Shown here in pieces: positions 1-10,071 of a stretch of DNA of 64,000 bases. Position 1 is the stretch's first letter, and each line of letters opens with the position of its first letter. Under the pieces are notes generated by a model, which was not told the origin of the DNA, did no database searches, and saw only the letters and a program-made list of their open reading frames with translations. The DNA lies in contig CAWGZY010000007.1 in NCBI GenBank assembly GCA_963827085.1, positions 33,615 through 97,614 on the forward strand, read 5' to 3'. Source of the DNA: an uncultured Bacteroidota bacterium. GTDB lineage: Bacteria; Bacteroidota; Ignavibacteria; UBA10030; UBA8401. The translations under genes were made by a program, and so were the position numbers.

Positions 1-1155
1 CAAGAATTAATATTTAAAATTCTTGAAGCTCAGACCGAGAAGGATGGGTTGACGTTCAGTAAAGGAGTTCTTGAAGTCTTGCCCGACGGATACGGATTCT
101 TGAGGTCTGTCGACTATAATTACCTTCCCTCCCCCGACGATATTTATGTTTCACCATCCCAGATTAAAAAATTCAGTTTACGGACAGGGGATACTGTCAG
201 CGGACAAGTCCGCCCGCCGAAGGAGGGAGAGCGTTTTTTTGCTTTGCTTCGTGTTGAAGCAGTAAACGATGAGAATCCTGATACAATTCGTGACCGAGTC
301 CTTTTTGACAACCTGACGCCGTTATATCCCAACGAACGGATCAAACTTGAGACCGCTCCGGGCGAATATGCCATGCGGATTCTTGACCTGTTGTCGCCGA
401 TCGGGAAGGGACAGCGCGGAATGATTGTATCGCCGCCAAAGGCAGGCAAGACAGTCCTACTTCAAAAGATGGCGAACAGCATCACTCGCAATCATCCGGA
501 TGTCAAGCTGATGATGCTTCTGATTGATGAGCGCCCGGAAGAGGTAACGGACATGGAGCGATCGGTCAGTGCAGAAGTCGTCGCCTCCACATTCGATGAG
601 CCGCCCGAGCGCCACGTCCAGGTTTCAGACATGGTACTCGAAAAGGCGAAGCGGTTGGTTGAAGCGAAACACGATGTTGTTATCCTGCTTGACAGCATCA
701 CGCGTTTGGCGCGCGCTCATAACACGGTCGTTCCGCATTCCGGAAAAATTCTCTCCGGCGGGGTGGACGCAAATGCATTGCATCGTCCAAAGAGATTCTT
801 TGGCGCTGCGCGAAATATCGAAGAAGGGGGAAGTTTGACAATCATTGCGACTGCCCTTGTAGAGACCGGCAGCAGAATGGACGAAGTTATTTTTGAAGAG
901 TTCAAAGGCACCGGCAACATGGAAATAGTGCTCGACCGGAAACTGAGTGATAAACGAATCTTCCCGGCGGTCGATGTCAATAGGTCTGGAACGCGTAAAG
1001 AAGAAATTTTGATGGGCGAGGATGAATTGAATCGCGTTTGGATTTTGCGGAAATTCTTAAGCGAGTTTACGCCTGTTGAAGCGATGGAATTTTTGCTGGA
1101 AAAAATGCGAGGGACGAAGGAAAATAAAGATTTTCTCAAATCGATGAACAGCTAG
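1..1155 (+). CDS. rho: Transcription termination factor Rho (N-terminus lies upstream of the window)
   Basis: Frame 1 is open from nt 1 ([35 protein letters not shown], the Rho RNA-binding OB region). Walker [18 protein letters not shown], and a typical Rho C-terminus. Confidence 0.95.
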   Translation, partial: QELIFKILEAQTEKDGLTFSKGVLEVLPDGYGFLRSVDYNYLPSPDDIYVSPSQIKKFSLRTGDTVSGQVRPPKEGERFFALLRVEAVNDENPDTIRDRVLFDNLTPLYPNERIKLETAPGEYAMRILDLLSPIGKGQRGMIVSPPKAGKTVLLQKMANSITRNHPDVKLMMLLIDERPEEVTDMERSVSAEVVASTFDEPPERHVQVSDMVLEKAKRLVEAKHDVVILLDSITRLARAHNTVVPHSGKILSGGVDANALHRPKRFFGAARNIEEGGSLTIIATALVETGSRMDEVIFEEFKGTGNMEIVLDRKLSDKRIFPAVDVNRSGTRKEEILMGEDELNRVWILRKFLSEFTPVEAMEFLLEKMRGTKENKDFLKSMNS

Positions 1156-1183
1156 TCGTTCCATGTGAATCCTCATCATTGAT

Positions 1184-1217
1184 AAACCATCCCTTAAGAG
1201 GGGGATGGTTTTTTTTT
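1184..1217 (+). terminator. Rho-independent terminator after rho
   Basis: aaaccatccc / gggatggttt 10-bp stem with an 8-nt loop, followed by a T-run of about 9. Confidence 0.7.
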
Positions 1218-1227
1218 AGAAGGCGCT

Positions 1228-2397
1228 ATGGGAAAACATATTCGGACTCGTAGCATCCATTCAGGGGAAGAAAAAGACCGCTCGAACAGGGGCATACCGC
1301 CGTCCATCGCCCTGACATCGACATATTTTTTTAAGAACGTCGATGAGCTGCAACATCACAAAGATCAGACGGACCCACGAGAAGAATACGGCCGATATCA
1401 CAATCCTACACGCGCCGTTGCAGAGCGGAAGCTTGCTGACCTTGAGGGGGCGGACGATGCAATAGTGTGTTCCTCGGGAATGTACGCTCTGACGGTGAGC
1501 TTACTTAGAATATTGAAACCCGGCGACCATCTTCTCATTCTGGATGAAATGTATCATAGGACGCAGGACTTGTGCAATTCTGTCCTGACGAGATTCGGCA
1601 TTGAAGTTTCCGCTGTGAAAAGCTGCAGCCTTGACTCACTCCGATCGTCGATCAAGGATAACACCAGGCTTTTCTTATTCGAGACTCCGACAAATCCGCA
1701 TCTCTATGTTCAGGATATCGAATCGATCGCTGCGCTCTGCAAGGAACGGAGAGTAAAGACGATGGTGGACTCGACGTTTGCCTCTCCTGTGAACCTTCTT
1801 CCTCTCAAGTTCGGTATCGACATCGTCGTTCATAGCTGCACAAAATATCTTGCGGGACATAATGATGTAATGGCGGGTGTTATTCTTTCACGAAAATCCA
1901 TTATTGAATCTATACGCGAACTTCACTTCACAATCGGAGGGGTGTTGGATGCACATTCGAGTTATTTACTGATCCGTGGACTCAAGACGCTCCCGCTCCG
2001 TGTCGCTCACCAAAACACATCGGCCGAGTCGATTGCGAATTTTCTTGCGGCTCAACCTGAGGTCAAGAAGGTTTTTTACCCATCGCTTCCAACTCACCCG
2101 AATTGTGAAATTGCGAAACGACAAATGAACGGGTTCGGGGGCGTTATCTCCTTCGACCTCGGTTCCGCCGAATGCGCAAAAGCATTTGTCGATGCGCTCT
2201 CAATTCCATACATCGCACCCAGCCTGGGCGGCACGGAAAGTCTCGTTATACCGTATTCAGTCGTCGTTCCGCCCACTGCTCTGGAAATTGAATCAGGGAA
2301 TTTTAGTATCGAGCCGGGCCTGGTCCGCCTTTCAGTCGGATTAGAAGACCGGGAAGACCTGATTGATGACCTCGCCCATGCTTTAAAGGCACGGTAG
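1228..2397 (+). CDS. Cys/Met-metabolism PLP-dependent enzyme (cystathionine gamma-synthase/beta- or gamma-lyase family)
   Basis: 389 aa. PLP-lysine context SCTKYLAGHNDVMAG and family-typical ends (RYHNPT..., LVRLSVGLED). The exact reaction cannot be assigned from sequence alone. Confidence 0.85.
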   Translation: MGKHIRTRSIHSGEEKDRSNRGIPPSIALTSTYFFKNVDELQHHKDQTDPREEYGRYHNPTRAVAERKLADLEGADDAIVCSSGMYALTVSLLRILKPGDHLLILDEMYHRTQDLCNSVLTRFGIEVSAVKSCSLDSLRSSIKDNTRLFLFETPTNPHLYVQDIESIAALCKERRVKTMVDSTFASPVNLLPLKFGIDIVVHSCTKYLAGHNDVMAGVILSRKSIIESIRELHFTIGGVLDAHSSYLLIRGLKTLPLRVAHQNTSAESIANFLAAQPEVKKVFYPSLPTHPNCEIAKRQMNGFGGVISFDLGSAECAKAFVDALSIPYIAPSLGGTESLVIPYSVVVPPTALEIESGNFSIEPGLVRLSVGLEDREDLIDDLAHALKAR

Positions 2398-2454
2398 AAA
2401 TTCACCTTTTGCCTTTTCATTCCAAGAGTCGTACCTTACCGAAAAAAGATTCAT

Positions 2455-3639
2455 ATGAAAGAAGCAGTTATAGTCAGTGCCTGCAGAACACCCATTGGCT
2501 CTTTCGGCGGCGCGCTAAATTCCATTACGGCTCCTAAGCTTGGGGCAATTGTCGTCGAGGAAGCTTTGCGGAGAGCAACAGTTCCTAAGGACATTGTCGA
2601 TGAAGTGATCATGGGGAATGTTTTGACGGCCGGAGAGGGGCAGGCTCCTGCTCGTCAAGCGGCGATCTTTGCCGGACTTCCGGCATCGGTCGAATGCATG
2701 ACGGTGAATAAAGTATGCGGTTCGGGAATGAAGGCCATTATGCTCGGCTCGCAGGCGATACAACTTGGCGACGCCGATGTTGTTGTTGCCGGAGGAATGG
2801 AGAGCATGTCGAACACTCCGTACCTATTGGAGAAAGCCCGCAACGGCTACAAGATGGGAAATGCAGAGCTTATTGATTCGATGATCAAGGATGGGCTGTG
2901 GGATGTGTACAACAATTTCCATATGGGGAATGCAGCAGAACTTTGCGCCAAGGAATGCGCTGTTTCGAGAAATGAACAGGATCAGTTTGCGATCCTCAGT
3001 TACAAACGCGCCCAAGAGTCTCAAGCCCAAGGACGCTTCAAGGATGAAATAGTGAAGGTAGGCATTCTCCAAAGAAATGGAGATGTAGTATACATTGAAG
3101 AAGACGAGGACCCAAAGAAAACAAATTTTGAAAAAATACCACTTTTGAAACCGGCGTTTCAAAAAGATGGAACCGTGACCGCTGCGAACTCTTCAAAGAT
3201 CAACGATGGCGCAGCAGCTGTTGTCCTCATGTCTTCCGAAAGGGCGAAATCGTTCGGGCTCAAACCCCTGGCGAAAATTATCTCGACCTCATCGGCAGCG
3301 AAGAAACCGGAATGGTTTACGACCGCGCCTGCGGACGTGATTCCAAAAGTATTAAAAAAGGCGGATATGACGCTGGAGCAGATTGATTTGTTCGAGATCA
3401 ATGAAGCATTTGCAGTTGTGGCTCTTGCAGTAAATAAAATTCTCGGCATCGATGTGAAAAAAGTAAATGTCAACGGCGGCGCAGTGGCACTCGGTCATCC
3501 TATCGGCGCCAGCGGCGCGCGAATTGTTGTTACGCTGATCCATGCATTAAAGCAAAGAAATCTACAGCGAGGCCTGGCGGCAATTTGTATCGGCGGCGGA
3601 GAGGCCAGTGCGATGGTTGTGGAGATGATGCCGCACTGA
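2455..3639 (+). CDS. Acetyl-CoA C-acetyltransferase (thiolase II)
   Basis: 394 aa. VNKVCGSGMKA (active-site Cys), NVNGGAVALGHPIGASGAR, CIGGGEA thiolase signatures. Confidence 0.95.
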   Translation: MKEAVIVSACRTPIGSFGGALNSITAPKLGAIVVEEALRRATVPKDIVDEVIMGNVLTAGEGQAPARQAAIFAGLPASVECMTVNKVCGSGMKAIMLGSQAIQLGDADVVVAGGMESMSNTPYLLEKARNGYKMGNAELIDSMIKDGLWDVYNNFHMGNAAELCAKECAVSRNEQDQFAILSYKRAQESQAQGRFKDEIVKVGILQRNGDVVYIEEDEDPKKTNFEKIPLLKPAFQKDGTVTAANSSKINDGAAAVVLMSSERAKSFGLKPLAKIISTSSAAKKPEWFTTAPADVIPKVLKKADMTLEQIDLFEINEAFAVVALAVNKILGIDVKKVNVNGGAVALGHPIGASGARIVVTLIHALKQRNLQRGLAAICIGGGEASAMVVEMMPH

Positions 3640-3778
3640 TTACTCATTTGAAACATCTGAAAAACTGTTTCGTGCTAAGCCGCTGGCGAAGCCATCCCCC
3701 TGGATTTGCGCAAGCTCGCACTTTCGGAATTATTCAGAAGGCTCCATTTATAAGTAACACGCAAAGGCTGGACACGAT

Positions 3779-4642
3779 ATGAAAGTCAAGAATATTACTG
3801 TAGTTGGCGCAGGAACAATGGGGAACGGCATTGCCCACGTTTTCGCGCAATATGGATACAATATTACGCTTAACGACGTCAGCAAGGATTTGAATGAGCG
3901 CGGGCTGAAAACAATAACGTCCAACCTCGACCGGCAAGTAAAAAAAGGAATCCTTAGCGAGGAGCAGAAAACGAGAACTCTCGGCAACATCGGAACGTCG
4001 GTTTTACTTTCTGATGCCGTCTGCTCTGCCGACCTCGTCATCGAGGCTGCGACCGAGAACAAGAAAATTAAGCTGGATATTTTCAAAACAATTGCAGCTT
4101 CTGCGCCTGCCGCCGCAATACTGGCTTCGAATAGTTCATCCATTTCAATTACAGAGATTGCGGCTGCGACAAATCGCCCTGACCGCGTGATTGGGATGCA
4201 TTTCATGAATCCCGTTCCTGTCATGAAGCTTGTCGAAATCATTCGCGGCCTTTCTACTTCAGACGAGACTTTTCAGACCGTGAAGAATGTAGCCGAATCT
4301 CTGGAGAAAACGCCAGTTGAGGTGAATGATTTTCCCGGGTTTGTTTCAAACAGAATTCTCCTTCCCATGTTGAATGAAGCGATGTATTGTGTGATGGAAG
4401 GGGTTGCAACGCCTGAATCAATCGATACCGTCATGAAACTCGGTATGAATCATCCGATGGGTCCGCTTGCGTTAGCTGATTTTATTGGTCTCGATGTCTG
4501 CTTATCGATCATGAATGTTCTTCATGAGGGACTCGGAGATTCGAAATATCGCCCATGCCCTCTCTTGAAAAAAATGGTCGCCGCCGGACATCTTGGGAGA
4601 AAAACGGGAAAAGGGTTCTATGATTATCCGGCTGCAAAGTAA
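3779..4642 (+). CDS. hbd: 3-hydroxybutyryl-CoA dehydrogenase
   Basis: 287 aa. N-terminal Rossmann [12 protein letters not shown], and [16 protein letters not shown] plus [18 protein letters not shown] typical of 3-hydroxyacyl-CoA dehydrogenases. Confidence 0.9.
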   Translation: MKVKNITVVGAGTMGNGIAHVFAQYGYNITLNDVSKDLNERGLKTITSNLDRQVKKGILSEEQKTRTLGNIGTSVLLSDAVCSADLVIEAATENKKIKLDIFKTIAASAPAAAILASNSSSISITEIAAATNRPDRVIGMHFMNPVPVMKLVEIIRGLSTSDETFQTVKNVAESLEKTPVEVNDFPGFVSNRILLPMLNEAMYCVMEGVATPESIDTVMKLGMNHPMGPLALADFIGLDVCLSIMNVLHEGLGDSKYRPCPLLKKMVAAGHLGRKTGKGFYDYPAAK

Positions 4643-4745
4643 TGGTTCGCTGTTGGGTATCAGCTATTAGCTTTTGGTACAAGCCAATAGCCAATAGCTA
4701 AAGGCTAACAATTCGCAAATCGACCGACAAATTTTAGGCAAACCA

Positions 4746-5885
4746 ATGAACTTTGGACTCAACGAAACACAAAGAATGATTCGCGAGACTGCCCGTCAAT
4801 TTGCTCACGATGAATTGGCCGCCACTGCAGAGTCGCGCGATGAAAAAGAAGAGTTTCCGTATGAAGCGGTGAAGAAGCTGGGGGAGTTGGGCTTTATGGG
4901 AATGATGGTACCGGAGCAGTACGGCGGTGCCGGACTCGACACCGTGAGCTACTCGCTTGCCGTCGAGGAAATATCCCGTGTGGATGCGTCATGCGGAGTA
5001 ATTATGTCCGTGAATAATTCCCTTGTCTGTTACGGCATTAACGAGTTCGGGAACGAAGAACAGAAGCAAAAATTCTTGACACCTCTTGCGTCTGGGAAAA
5101 AACTGGGCGCGTTTGCACTTTCAGAACCGGAAGCGGGAAGCGACGCAACAAACCAACGGACGATGGCAGTCCGGGACGGCGATTATTATATCCTTAACGG
5201 GATCAAAAATTGGATAACAAACGGCTTCAATGCTGATTACGTTCTGGTAATGGCGGCAACCGAGCCGGTGAAAGGAAGCCACGGCATCAGCACGTTTGTT
5301 GTTGAAAAGGGAATGACCGGATTTAGCGTTGGCAAGAAAGAGCGAAAGCTTGGAATTCGCAGCTCGGATACAGTCTCCATTGCTTTTCAGGACGTGCGCG
5401 TTCCTGCAGCGAACAGAATAGGTGAAGAAGGTTTCGGATTTAAATTCGCCATGAAGACGCTTGATGGCGGACGCATCGGCATTGCATCGCAGGCCGTCGG
5501 TATTGGCCGGGCATGTCTTGATGCAGCAGTGAAATATTCAAAAGAACGAAAAGCGTTCGACCAGCCGCTTGCGCATTTACAGGCCATCCAATTCAAGATT
5601 GCCGACATGGCAACTGATATCGAGGCTGCTCGCTTATTGACGTTGCAGGCTGCTGCAGCGAAAGACTCGGGAGAAAGGTTTACACAACATGCAGCGATGG
5701 CAAAGCTTTTTGCTTCGAAGATTGCTGTCAGGTGTGCTCTCGAAGCTATTCAGATCCACGGCGGGTACGGATATATTCGCGAATACAACGTCGAACGCTA
5801 TTTGCGTGATGCCAAAATAACGGAAATATACGAAGGGACATCAGAAATCCAGCGCATTGTTATTGCCCGGTCGTTACTGCAGTAA
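4746..5885 (+). CDS. Acyl-CoA dehydrogenase (short-chain/butyryl-CoA type)
   Basis: 379 aa. ACAD motifs (ALSEPEAGSD, QIHGGYGY, EIYEGTSEIQR). Directly follows thiolase and hbd. Confidence 0.92.
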   Translation: MNFGLNETQRMIRETARQFAHDELAATAESRDEKEEFPYEAVKKLGELGFMGMMVPEQYGGAGLDTVSYSLAVEEISRVDASCGVIMSVNNSLVCYGINEFGNEEQKQKFLTPLASGKKLGAFALSEPEAGSDATNQRTMAVRDGDYYILNGIKNWITNGFNADYVLVMAATEPVKGSHGISTFVVEKGMTGFSVGKKERKLGIRSSDTVSIAFQDVRVPAANRIGEEGFGFKFAMKTLDGGRIGIASQAVGIGRACLDAAVKYSKERKAFDQPLAHLQAIQFKIADMATDIEAARLLTLQAAAAKDSGERFTQHAAMAKLFASKIAVRCALEAIQIHGGYGYIREYNVERYLRDAKITEIYEGTSEIQRIVIARSLLQ

Positions 5886-6208
5886 GAAATAGGTAAAAGA
5901 GAAAGATGTAGTGTAGAATGCTTTGCCGCGTCGTCGAAGGAGGCGTGTCAAAGAAAGAGGCTGAAGAATTGCATCGGAGAGAGATAGGTGGCTCTCGGTG
6001 CAAGGGAATACTTGCCATAATGAATCCATCAGTCGGCCCACCGATTGCCGAAATTCTGTTTTCTACCCCGCACGATCTTGATGACGTAGAAGATGTTGCG
6101 GGGAATGTCCCGATCGAATTCTTCATCAAACTAAAGAAGACAAGCAAGTGGATGGGCTGAATCGAAAGGCGATGAGCTCTTTGCTGTTAGCGTTTGGATG
6201 AAAATACG

Positions 6209-6886
6209 ATGAGTGCATGTTGCAACAGTTTGGGTGCGTGCGAGCCGACGAACAGGTTTTTTTCTCGATGGTCAAAGCGGTATGCAAAAAGCTTTCGCAA
6301 AGGCGGACTCGAGAAAACTCAGCGATATTTGCTGGAAGGCGTGCGCAAAGAGCCGTTCGCCTCGAAAGAAATCCTGGATATCGGTTGCGGTGTGGGAGCT
6401 CTTCATTTGACGCTATTACGTGAAGGCGCGGCTGCCGCTACCGGGATTGATATCTCGGAAGGGATGCTGCAACAGGCGAAGAAATTGGCGGAAGAAAATC
6501 ACTTGGAGGGCAAAACTGATTACGTTCTTGGCGATTTTGTTGGTGTGTCGGGAATGATGAAAGAGGCAGACATAACGTTTTTAGATAAGGTCGTATGTTG
6601 TTATGAAGACTACGGTGCGCTTATTGAACGTTCCACCGCAAAGACAAAAACGATCTACGCACTCAGCCATCCGAAGAAGAGTTTGCTGATGGAGTCGATC
6701 TTCAAACTCCAAATTTTCATTCTGAAGTTATCCCGCGGTTCGTTTTATCCTTTTTGGCATGACTGGGATGATGTTCATCGAAAAATTCTTGCTCAGGGGT
6801 TTCAGGTAATTTATTCAAACTCCACGATCGCCTGGCAAGTGCTAGTCTACAAAAGAGTGAGTTCTTCCCCGACGATGGCTTTGTAA
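6209..6886 (+). CDS. Class I SAM-dependent methyltransferase
   Basis: Motif I ILDIGCGVGAL, an acidic residue after beta-2 (GIDISEGM), and LGDF. The ATG at 6209 is preferred over the TTG at 6194. Substrate unknown. Confidence 0.72.
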   Translation: MSACCNSLGACEPTNRFFSRWSKRYAKSFRKGGLEKTQRYLLEGVRKEPFASKEILDIGCGVGALHLTLLREGAAAATGIDISEGMLQQAKKLAEENHLEGKTDYVLGDFVGVSGMMKEADITFLDKVVCCYEDYGALIERSTAKTKTIYALSHPKKSLLMESIFKLQIFILKLSRGSFYPFWHDWDDVHRKILAQGFQVIYSNSTIAWQVLVYKRVSSSPTMAL

Positions 6887-6944
6887 TTTCGATCCCGACA
6901 GCAGAGAACCTGCTATAACAATTTCAGCACGTTAAGATCATTGA

Positions 6945-7385
6945 TTACATGGCTTCTTCTTTTTCCCAAAGTTTCTTGTGCCACATCGTTAAAATAATTC
7001 CGCCGAGAACGAAATTGACAAACTGGTAACCGCTATCGACAGCCCAGAGCGCCCAGGGCTGCATTTGGTAACGGTTTGTGATGCCCATAATCGTCGCTAC
7101 GAATCCGAACCAATTCCAAAACCCCACCATCGCACCCTCCATTGGCGTTCTTGCTTTCGCGTATGAGAGAGCATGAACAAGCACCCACGACACGGCAAGG
7201 TAAGCGATGAATGTCAATCCGTACGCTTCAAACGGACTCACTTTTGATGCCAATTCCATCGTGATACCCGTGAGCTGCATCCACTTGTTTCCAAAGAGAA
7301 CCGGCGAGTACCAAACCGCTCCGAAAATAAATTGGACGAATGCCACCACCAGCACCGCGACGTAATTAATTTTAGGCCGTTCCAT
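6945..7385 (-). CDS. DUF1761-family integral membrane protein
   Basis: 146 aa with about 4 TM segments. N-terminal pattern AVLVVAFVQFIFGAVWYSPVLFGNKWMQL is characteristic of DUF1761. Last gene of the pyrimidine operon. Confidence 0.7.
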   Translation of the reverse strand: MERPKINYVAVLVVAFVQFIFGAVWYSPVLFGNKWMQLTGITMELASKVSPFEAYGLTFIAYLAVSWVLVHALSYAKARTPMEGAMVGFWNWFGFVATIMGITNRYQMQPWALWAVDSGYQFVNFVLGGIILTMWHKKLWEKEEAM

Positions 7386-7441
7386 AAGTTTACCTCCGGT
7401 TTGAATTAGTGGATGAAGTTGTTAGATGGATTAGAATATGC

Positions 7442-8851
7442 TCACTTCCAAGCGCCTGCGTACGTGTCTCTTTTAATAAACGAACCGCGCCCTGCTTTAC
7501 CCAGCCATTGTCCTCTATCGACAACAGTTTCACCGCGTGAGAGAACCGTCTCGGCGTCCCCCTTCACTTTGAATCCCTCGAACATTGAATAGTCTACTCG
7601 CATGTGATGCGATTTTGCCGAGACAGTCAACTCTTTGTTCGGGTCCCATACAACAATGTCGGCATCGCTCCCGACTGCGATCGTCCCTTTCCGTGGAAAG
7701 AGTCCGAACATCTTCGCCGGCGCGGTCGAAACAATCTCGACCCACCGGTTCAGGCTGATTCGTTTATGATTGACGCCATAGTGATGGATAAGCTGCAGAC
7801 GGTTTTCCACTCCGGGACCGCCGTTCGGGATTTTCGCAAAGTTATCGCGCCCTAATTCTTTTTGCTCTTTGAAACAGAACGGACAATGATCTGTCGAGAC
7901 AACTTGCAAAGTATTTTTTTTTAACCCTTCCCATAATTTATCCTGGTGCCATTTCTCTCGAAGAGGAGGCGTAAAAATGTATTTCGCGCCTTCAAAATTC
8001 GGGCGGTTCAAATCTTCGATCGAGAGAAGAAGGTATTGCGGGCACGTTTCGGCAAACACGGGAACGCCTTTGTCGCGAGCCTCGGAGACTTTTTCCAGGG
8101 CATCGGCTGATGAAAGATGTACGATGTAGACGGGGGTGCCTGCCATTTGAGCGAGTGCTATTGCCCTGTTGACGGCTTCACTTTCGGCGGTTGTCGGACG
8201 CGTGAGGGCATGGTAAATAGGGGCGGTTTTTCCTTCCGCGAGGGCTTTTTGAACGAGCAAGTCGATGACTCCGCCATTCTCCGCATGCATACAGACGAGC
8301 GCTCCGTTGTTTCCCGTTTGCCGCATTGCGCGAAAGATTGTTGCATCATCGACCATTAGCACGTTCGGGTAGGCCATGAAAAGTTTAAAGCTCGCCACTC
8401 CTTCACGTACCATTTCATTCATATCCTCGAGATGGGCTTCTGGTAAGTCGGTGATAATCATATGGAGCCCGAAATCGACGGTCGCTTTTTCTCCCTTTTT
8501 CCACCAGACATCGAGCGCATCGCGCATTCGTGTCCCTTTGGATTGTATCGCAAAATCGATGAGGCATGTCGTGCCGCCAAATGCGGCCGCGCGTGTGCCC
8601 GTTTCAAAATCATCGCTGGAGGTTGTTCCTCCGAAAGGCATATCCATATGTGTGTGGACGTCGACGCCGCCGGGTATCACGTATTTACCGTTCGCATTAA
8701 TTGTGTTATCGGCATGCATGGTGAGTGATGCGCCGATGGTCGTGATCGTATTCTTTTCGACATAAATATCAGCGATATAATCCTGATCGGCGGTGATCAC
8801 ACGCCCGTTTTTAATTAACGTTGACACGAGTGGCTCCTGCAATGTTGACAA
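7442..8851 (-). CDS. Dihydropyrimidinase / D-hydantoinase
   Basis: 469 aa. Metal-binding GGVDVHTHMDMPFGG, a carboxylated-Lys region, and the cyclic amidohydrolase fold pattern. Confidence 0.9.
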   Translation of the reverse strand: MSTLQEPLVSTLIKNGRVITADQDYIADIYVEKNTITTIGASLTMHADNTINANGKYVIPGGVDVHTHMDMPFGGTTSSDDFETGTRAAAFGGTTCLIDFAIQSKGTRMRDALDVWWKKGEKATVDFGLHMIITDLPEAHLEDMNEMVREGVASFKLFMAYPNVLMVDDATIFRAMRQTGNNGALVCMHAENGGVIDLLVQKALAEGKTAPIYHALTRPTTAESEAVNRAIALAQMAGTPVYIVHLSSADALEKVSEARDKGVPVFAETCPQYLLLSIEDLNRPNFEGAKYIFTPPLREKWHQDKLWEGLKKNTLQVVSTDHCPFCFKEQKELGRDNFAKIPNGGPGVENRLQLIHHYGVNHKRISLNRWVEIVSTAPAKMFGLFPRKGTIAVGSDADIVVWDPNKELTVSAKSHHMRVDYSMFEGFKVKGDAETVLSRGETVVDRGQWLGKAGRGSFIKRDTYAGAWK

Positions 8852-8855
8852 CGTA

Positions 8856-9527
8856 TCATGCTTGATATTCGGTAAACTTGAGCTGCTGCTTCAGGACTGC
8901 TTCAATCGATTCTTTTTGGCCAGGGGGTAAAATGATAGTAACAGTTTTTCGCCACAAGCCTTTTACAGCTATCGTCAAGTTACTTTCATCCTGGCCGACC
9001 CATCGGTATGAGGACATATTTTTCCATCGAAGGAGGGAATAGGTATCGAGTATTCCGTTTTGCCTCAACTCGACTTTGCCAAAAACAGGAGAGGCAAAAT
9101 ACAAAACCACCGAAACGTAGAAAATAAGTTCGGCAATTGTCTCATGCGAGAAGTTAGCTCGAACAATTGTGAAGACGATAAGAATCAGGAACATTCCTGC
9201 TGTTGCGAAGCCGGATATTTTCCGGCTCTGAACACGGGGAACTCCGTAGAGCAACGCTCCAGCGCGTTTTTTAACGAAGGGATAGCCGGCCATCAAACCG
9301 ACTATGAGCACTGAAAGGAAGATCGAGAGGATCGTGAGCAGGTTGTCCGAATTCAATGCAGGCGCCGTAGGGTGCAGTATGATCCAGCTAGCGCTCGCAA
9401 GAAGAGCGAGCCCGGTTCCCACAAACATTCCGCGTTGAGATGGGTATTGGGAGATCGTTTTGCCGCGAAAAGCGTAGGTGAGCGACAATACGCCGAAAAT
9501 GATTGATGCATAGATTAACCATTGCAT
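8856..9527 (-). CDS. Membrane protein of unknown function (4-5 TM segments plus a soluble C-terminal domain)
   Basis: 223-aa ORF tightly packed between flanking operon genes (4-nt and 12-nt gaps). Hydrophobic N-terminal two thirds. No motif I can name. Confidence 0.6.
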   Translation of the reverse strand: MQWLIYASIIFGVLSLTYAFRGKTISQYPSQRGMFVGTGLALLASASWIILHPTAPALNSDNLLTILSIFLSVLIVGLMAGYPFVKKRAGALLYGVPRVQSRKISGFATAGMFLILIVFTIVRANFSHETIAELIFYVSVVLYFASPVFGKVELRQNGILDTYSLLRWKNMSSYRWVGQDESNLTIAVKGLWRKTVTIILPPGQKESIEAVLKQQLKFTEYQA

Positions 9528-9539
9528 ATGAAAGTCCTT

Positions 9540-9968
9540 TTAAGATCGTGCCGACGCCGTTGTATTTTTTTCATAGATACTTGCAACGATCACGCCAGCA
9601 ATGACCGTCCAAATGATTCCATAGATTGTAGAAAACCAAGCAAATTTATACGAAAATCCTTTCATCAGAAAGTGCAGAAAAACCCATGTCGGGAAGTTCA
9701 CCAGAATTCCCGCGTACAAGCCGTACATCGCTCCCCCTTGCCATCCGGTGCTGAAACTGCCGCAGACTTTGTCGAACACCCACGCCAGGACGAAAACGCT
9801 GACAAAGTCTCCAATAACAAACCAAAGAGGATCGCTTGTCTGAATGAACACATCCGCATGTTTGGAATAATACGCCGGGACCATGACCAATCCCTGGATA
9901 AGATAATCAATAACGTTCATTACCACCCCGCCCGCCGCAACTGCCATCCAGAACGTTTTGTTTTTCAT
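9540..9968 (-). CDS. Small integral membrane protein (possibly DUF1761-like)
   Basis: Start chosen at MKNKTFW, with AGGAG 7 nt upstream. About 4 TM segments. In an operon with preA. Confidence 0.6.
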   Translation of the reverse strand: MKNKTFWMAVAAGGVVMNVIDYLIQGLVMVPAYYSKHADVFIQTSDPLWFVIGDFVSVFVLAWVFDKVCGSFSTGWQGGAMYGLYAGILVNFPTWVFLHFLMKGFSYKFAWFSTIYGIIWTVIAGVIVASIYEKNTTASARS

Positions 9969-10071
9969 AAGATCTCCTTTCATTAGACGTGAGAGACCGA
10001 AAGATTCACTCACAGGGTGGAGAGAGATTGTGCTTATGATTCCCGGCTACACCGCGTGCAGTGTTTATTGT

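Noticed and set aside
2455-5885. thl-hbd-acd cluster as a butyrate-fermentation or novel pathway locus
   Set aside because: This is an ordinary beta-oxidation or short-chain acyl-CoA gene set. There are no etf or crotonase genes adjacent, and nothing unusual in the sequence.
5886-6193. ORFs 5918-6160(+) and 5860-6147(-) in the gap between the acyl-CoA dehydrogenase and methyltransferase genes
   Set aside because: They mutually overlap, and I recognise no motif, Shine-Dalgarno sequence or family resemblance. A third frame shows a 33-codon start-less stretch (…NIFYVIKIVRGRKQNF…) vaguely like a RelE/ParE C-terminus, but it is too short to call. The region is left unannotated.
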